Shown here piece by piece: positions 60,247 to 64,000 of a DNA stretch of 64,000 nucleotides. Numbering within the stretch: the first letter of the stretch is position 1; each line of letters starts with the position of its first letter. The DNA is taken from positions 1,056,001 to 1,120,000 of the forward strand of contig OZ245046.1 in the NCBI GenBank assembly GCA_965224245.1. Reading direction: 5' to 3'. The position numbers were made by a program, and so were the translations under genes. The notes under the pieces were generated by a model. The model made no database searches and was not told where the DNA came from. It saw only the letters and a program-made list of their open reading frames with translations. The stretch comes from Candidatus Eiseniibacteriota bacterium (GTDB taxonomy: Bacteria > Eisenbacteria > RBG-16-71-46 > CAZAMP01).

Positions 60247-60642
60247 GTGAGGAATCGGATCCACGACGATGAGCGAGCCGCCTCCTGCCTCTACGAGTAT
60301 GTTCGCCGCCACAACGACGCGCTGTCTCGAAAGACGTTCGATCACCTGGCCGAGCTGTTTCACGCCGACGGAGAGCTGTGCTTTCGTGGCCTGAGTCTGG
60401 GACCGTTCGTCGGACCGGAGGACATCACCGGGGCATTCGAGCGTCGGCCGCCCCGGAGCCGGATCGAGATCGGCCCACCGATCACCGTGGGCGACGCGGT
60501 CGAGGCGGAGTTTCGCTCCGCCGGCGCCGTCGGTCCTGCCGAGGGAACGATCCGGCTCGAGCAGGACGGTGGGCGGATCCGGCGGCTGACGATCCACATC
60601 GGCCGGGTCGGCGGCGGCCGCGGCTCGACGGACCGGGATTGA
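60247..60642 (+). CDS. SnoaL/NTF2-like fold protein
   Basis: LAELFHADG, GPFVGPEDI.GAF, terminal GGRIRRLTI; GAGGGG RBS before GTG. Confidence 0.6.
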   Translation: MRNRIHDDERAASCLYEYVRRHNDALSRKTFDHLAELFHADGELCFRGLSLGPFVGPEDITGAFERRPPRSRIEIGPPITVGDAVEAEFRSAGAVGPAEGTIRLEQDGGRIRRLTIHIGRVGGGRGSTDRD

Positions 60643-61048
60643 TCACCCCGCGCGTTGCCGACGCGGACTGAAACGCCACGTCATCCGACGAGACTCGCCG
60701 CCCCCGTCGTGTCGCCATGTCGCCAGCCTCGGGTGACGTGCGACACGATCCGGATGGGAGATCACCGGACCGCGACCGGGCTCACGCGGGTATCCACCGC
60801 GTCGAGTAGGCGTAACGCCACCGGCCCCGACGGCGTCGAGCGGCGGCATCCGACATGCAAGTGCACATGCGAGGCGCGTCGGCGAAGCTCGCCGCTCCCC
60901 GAGCGCGGACGCTCGCGCGCGTCGTTCGTCCGCGCGCTCTCGAGACCCCGGATGTTGCTTCCCCGGATACGGCGCATGTCGCATGCGAGGCGTCACTGCC
61001 CTCGGCAGCCCCTGGAAGGTCCTCCTCGCCACGGACGATGGAGACGCG

Positions 61049-62893
61049 ATGACCATGAGAGCAGGCTCGGGCTCGGATCCAGACCGAGCGCAACGGGTCG
61101 GGTTCCCCTCCGCGGCCGTGATCCGGGTCGGCGTGGCCCTCGTGGCGGCCGCGATCCCGCCGGCGCCGGGGGACGGATCGGCGGCGGAGGCGACGCCCGA
61201 CGAGGGCCGGCGTCCGGCCCATCCGCCGCACGGCGCTACTCCAGCGGCGGAGACGCCGGACGCGAACGCGCTGCGCGCGATCCTCGACGCGAGGCTCACC
61301 GCGCACCACCGCCGGTTCGGCATCGCCGTGCGTGAGGCCGGCGTGCGCTCGTGCATCGAGAGTGTCACGGTCTACTGCCCGAGCGAGCTCGTTCCGGACG
61401 TCCGGACGTACTACGAGAGCTACTGGGAATCCGGACCCTGGCCGTACGAGGTCGACGTGGTCGCGGTGGACGAGCTCGGCACGGTCACGGGGGGAGAAGA
61501 TCCGGCTGCGTTCCGCGCAGCGCTCGCGAGCGACATCTCCGAGCGTCACGCGGGCGCCTGCAACTACGTGATGCTGATCGGCGACGCAAACGACCATCCG
61601 GCCTTCGACGCGGAGGGCCAGCTCCACGAAGCGACGTGGGGGGTCGGGGAGTGGGCGGACGTCTGGGCCGAGCAGGTCGCGCGCGGGGCACCTCGCCACG
61701 GGCAGCCCGGAAACGACGTGATCCCCAGCTTCCTCGTGCCCGACACCGACCCCCCTGGCGTCAATCTCGCGGGGGTCGCGCCGTACCTCCACACCGACAA
61801 ACCCTACGTTCCCGGCGGCACCGACATGATCCTCACCCGGCTCCCGGTCGATTCCGCCGTCGAGTTCCTGGCATGGGCGTACAAGGAGATCACCGTCAAC
61901 GATCGCTACCTGGAGCTCGGCAACGACGGTCGGGCCGCGCGGGTGCTGATGGCCGTCGGCGACGTCGACCATCGCGCCGACGGAGAGGGTGCCTGGGTCG
62001 CCGCCATCGCGGACTCGGTGGCCGAGCACCTGTCCGGCGAGTCGCTCGCCCGTCTCGACGAGTCCGCGCTCGAGGGCCCGTGCGATCGCAACGCCGCGCT
62101 GATCGACGAGTGGGGACACCGCCCCGAGCTGTTCCTGATTCCGGCCGCGGTAGCCAGTGACCGATACGCTCCCGGTACGTTCGCCGACGAGCGGGTCGCC
62201 GGCTGCGCGTTCGACGTGTGGCAGCTGGACGAGTACACGTATCCACCCGCAGTCATGCTGGCGGCCGGCGCCGGCGACTTCGCCCGCACCGAGACGCGAG
62301 GGAGCCCCGTGTTCGAGGATCTGCTCGGGGGGGCGTGGCGTCGGGGCTCGCCGTTCGTCATGGCTCCTGTCGCCGGCATCCGGCAGGCGACGACCGCTCG
62401 GATCGCCACCACGTTCGTGGACGAGCTCCTGCGCGGCGATCGCTCCCGGTCTCTGGCCGAGATCGCAACGCGCGCGCTGGAGCGCGTCGTGGCGGAGCAT
62501 GCCGGCGACTCGACGCTCGTCCGCGTCGTGTCCTCGATCGCGCTGTTCGGCAGCCCCCTGACGCGATGGGCGTTTCGGGAGCCCGAGCTGTCGGCCGGCG
62601 CCGGAGATCGCGCGTCTCCGGTGCCGCCCGACGTCACCGTGCCGAACCCGTTCGCGACCGGTTCCGCCGTACACCTGCGTCTTCCGGACGCGGGCCACGT
62701 CGAGCTGGTCGTGTACGACGTCATGGGGCGCCGCGTGCGAACACTCGCACGGGGCCAGAGCCCGGCCGGACATCGGCGGATACGATGGGATGCCCGGGAC
62801 GACGACGGTCGCGCCCTGAGGGCGGGTGCCTACTACGTGCGGCTCACGACGCGGGGCCGTCCGGTCACCGTGTCGGTGGTCGTCGTCCCGTGA
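61049..62893 (+). CDS. Secreted peptidase C25 (gingipain)-like protein with FlgD-Ig C-terminal domain
   Basis: YVMLIGD, IPSF, TDKPY, RLPVDS, LFGSP echo C25 motifs; tail PNPF...VYDVMGRRVRTL...GAYYVRL. Start approximate. Confidence 0.6.
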   Translation: MTMRAGSGSDPDRAQRVGFPSAAVIRVGVALVAAAIPPAPGDGSAAEATPDEGRRPAHPPHGATPAAETPDANALRAILDARLTAHHRRFGIAVREAGVRSCIESVTVYCPSELVPDVRTYYESYWESGPWPYEVDVVAVDELGTVTGGEDPAAFRAALASDISERHAGACNYVMLIGDANDHPAFDAEGQLHEATWGVGEWADVWAEQVARGAPRHGQPGNDVIPSFLVPDTDPPGVNLAGVAPYLHTDKPYVPGGTDMILTRLPVDSAVEFLAWAYKEITVNDRYLELGNDGRAARVLMAVGDVDHRADGEGAWVAAIADSVAEHLSGESLARLDESALEGPCDRNAALIDEWGHRPELFLIPAAVASDRYAPGTFADERVAGCAFDVWQLDEYTYPPAVMLAAGAGDFARTETRGSPVFEDLLGGAWRRGSPFVMAPVAGIRQATTARIATTFVDELLRGDRSRSLAEIATRALERVVAEHAGDSTLVRVVSSIALFGSPLTRWAFREPELSAGAGDRASPVPPDVTVPNPFATGSAVHLRLPDAGHVELVVYDVMGRRVRTLARGQSPAGHRRIRWDARDDDGRALRAGAYYVRLTTRGRPVTVSVVVVP

Positions 62894-62899
62894 CGCGGT

Positions 62900-63517
62900 C
62901 TACCAGATCGACCGGAGATGTCCCCAGCTCGTGTCCTCCGATGGCGTCTCGACGTCCAGCGTGAGCGTCACGTCGTCATGAAACGCATCGGTGGATGCGC
63001 CGACAGGTCGCGTGCCCCGGAGTCTGATCCGGATCGTGCGCGTGCCCGTCGGCACCACGCGCTCGTCAGAGACCCGGTTCCATTCGTTGATCGGCGTGAT
63101 GTCGCCGCTCGAGTACGTTTCGAGCGCGACGTCCGACGCATCACGAAACTCGACCACCACGCTGGCGAAGTCGTTGGTCCCCGCTTCGCCGTTGGAGCGG
63201 CCGTACGCCGAGAAGCTCGACGTGACCCGGCCGGCGTCGATCTGGGTGTCGAGCGTGGAGACGTCCACGTCCTGATGGATCTCGTTGACCCAGGGTCCGG
63301 CGTCACCGGTGATGCCGCCGTGAAACGAATAGGTCCCGGCGTACACCGCCGCCGCATCCCCGGTGACCGCGTAGCCGTTGCCATCGGAGTCGGTCCATCC
63401 GCTGAGGTCTCCGGTCTCGGCATCGCCGTTCACGACGAGGTTGTCGCCGGCATGCGCGGCTCCAGCCAGGAGCCAGACGGCGAGTAGGGCGATGCTCGGG
63501 TGCAAGGCGGCGCTCAT
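62900..63517 (-). CDS. Secreted galactose-binding-like/CBM jelly-roll protein with C-terminal TPSEDTSWGHLRSIW tail
   Basis: GGGAGG RBS; signal peptide; NLVVNGDAETGDLSGW, QDVDVS, VPTGTRTIRIRL, DDVTL. Confidence 0.75.
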   Translation of the reverse strand: MSAALHPSIALLAVWLLAGAAHAGDNLVVNGDAETGDLSGWTDSDGNGYAVTGDAAAVYAGTYSFHGGITGDAGPWVNEIHQDVDVSTLDTQIDAGRVTSSFSAYGRSNGEAGTNDFASVVVEFRDASDVALETYSSGDITPINEWNRVSDERVVPTGTRTIRIRLRGTRPVGASTDAFHDDVTLTLDVETPSEDTSWGHLRSIW

Positions 63518-63876
63518 CGGTCAGCCTCCCGTGTCGGCGGATCAATCGGACGGGATCCCGCTGCGTTCGATCGGCTCGCGGGCAATACGAACAGAGACTC
63601 CAGTCTATCGCATCGGTGAGTTCGGATGACGCGTCCGCCGGTCGTTCCGGCGACCCGGCTGCACGCCGTGGCCGATACCGACCGGCGCGCCGTTTCGCGC
63701 GGCGGTTCGTCCGGATCATCGTGAGCCCCGACCCTCGTGTGCTCGGCCTGGACGCCGGCGCTTGCCGTTGCGGTGGGGGACACGGTTCGGGCATGCTGAG
63801 CGTACCGGCCGATCGAGCCGCGGCCGCCGGGGCGCCGGCCGGCCCGAGCATGCGTTCACGAGAGCAGGGGAACGAG

Positions 63877-64000
63877 ATGCGGGACGTCGACTTCATCTTC
63901 GTCGCCAGCAACGCGCAGCGGCGAGTGGCCTCCACGGGGCTCAGCGCGTGGACCGTCACCGAGGGAATCCGCCTCAACGACTACTCCCAGGCGCGTCGTC
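63877..64000 (+). CDS. 5' end of a hypothetical protein (partial)
   Basis: AGGGG RBS; open frame MRDVDFIFVASNAQRR... to the window edge. Confidence 0.4.
   Translation, partial: MRDVDFIFVASNAQRRVASTGLSAWTVTEGIRLNDYSQARR

Overview
GC-rich bacterial window with about 42 recognisable genes and no rRNA, tRNA, CRISPR array or mobile element. Eight secreted proteins end in a FlgD-Ig/T9SS-like C-terminal domain, and three small secreted proteins end in a 'TSWxxIKSxY'-type tail. Together these suggest an FCB-superphylum candidate lineage (Eisenbacteria/Krumholzibacteria/Latescibacteria-like; inference). Secreted proteins include a zinc metalloprotease, LVIVD and FG-GAP propellers, a serine hydrolase, an S9 peptidase and a C25-like protein. 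Signalling modules include an orphan ABC solute-binding protein with a PrsK/PrsR-like sigma54 two-component system, two kinase-associated ECF sigmas, an ECF/double-ZAS-TPR/TPR-CHAT operon, a LytS/LytTR pair and two Ser/Thr kinases. The most notable observations are: (1) two candidate selenoproteins that the ORF track splits or misses, a DCC-family oxidoreductase with a UxxC motif (55180-55659) and a small membrane protein (58616-58804, minus strand), each with a bacterial SECIS-like hairpin after the in-frame UGA and lying either side of a 4Fe-4S/TPR membrane protein; (2) two paralogous integrin-propeller / DD-carboxypeptidase / FlgD fusions; (3) an ECF / anti-sigma / CHAT protease operon; (4) a putative short C-terminal sorting signal. 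All calls come from motif recognition by eye; no searches were run.
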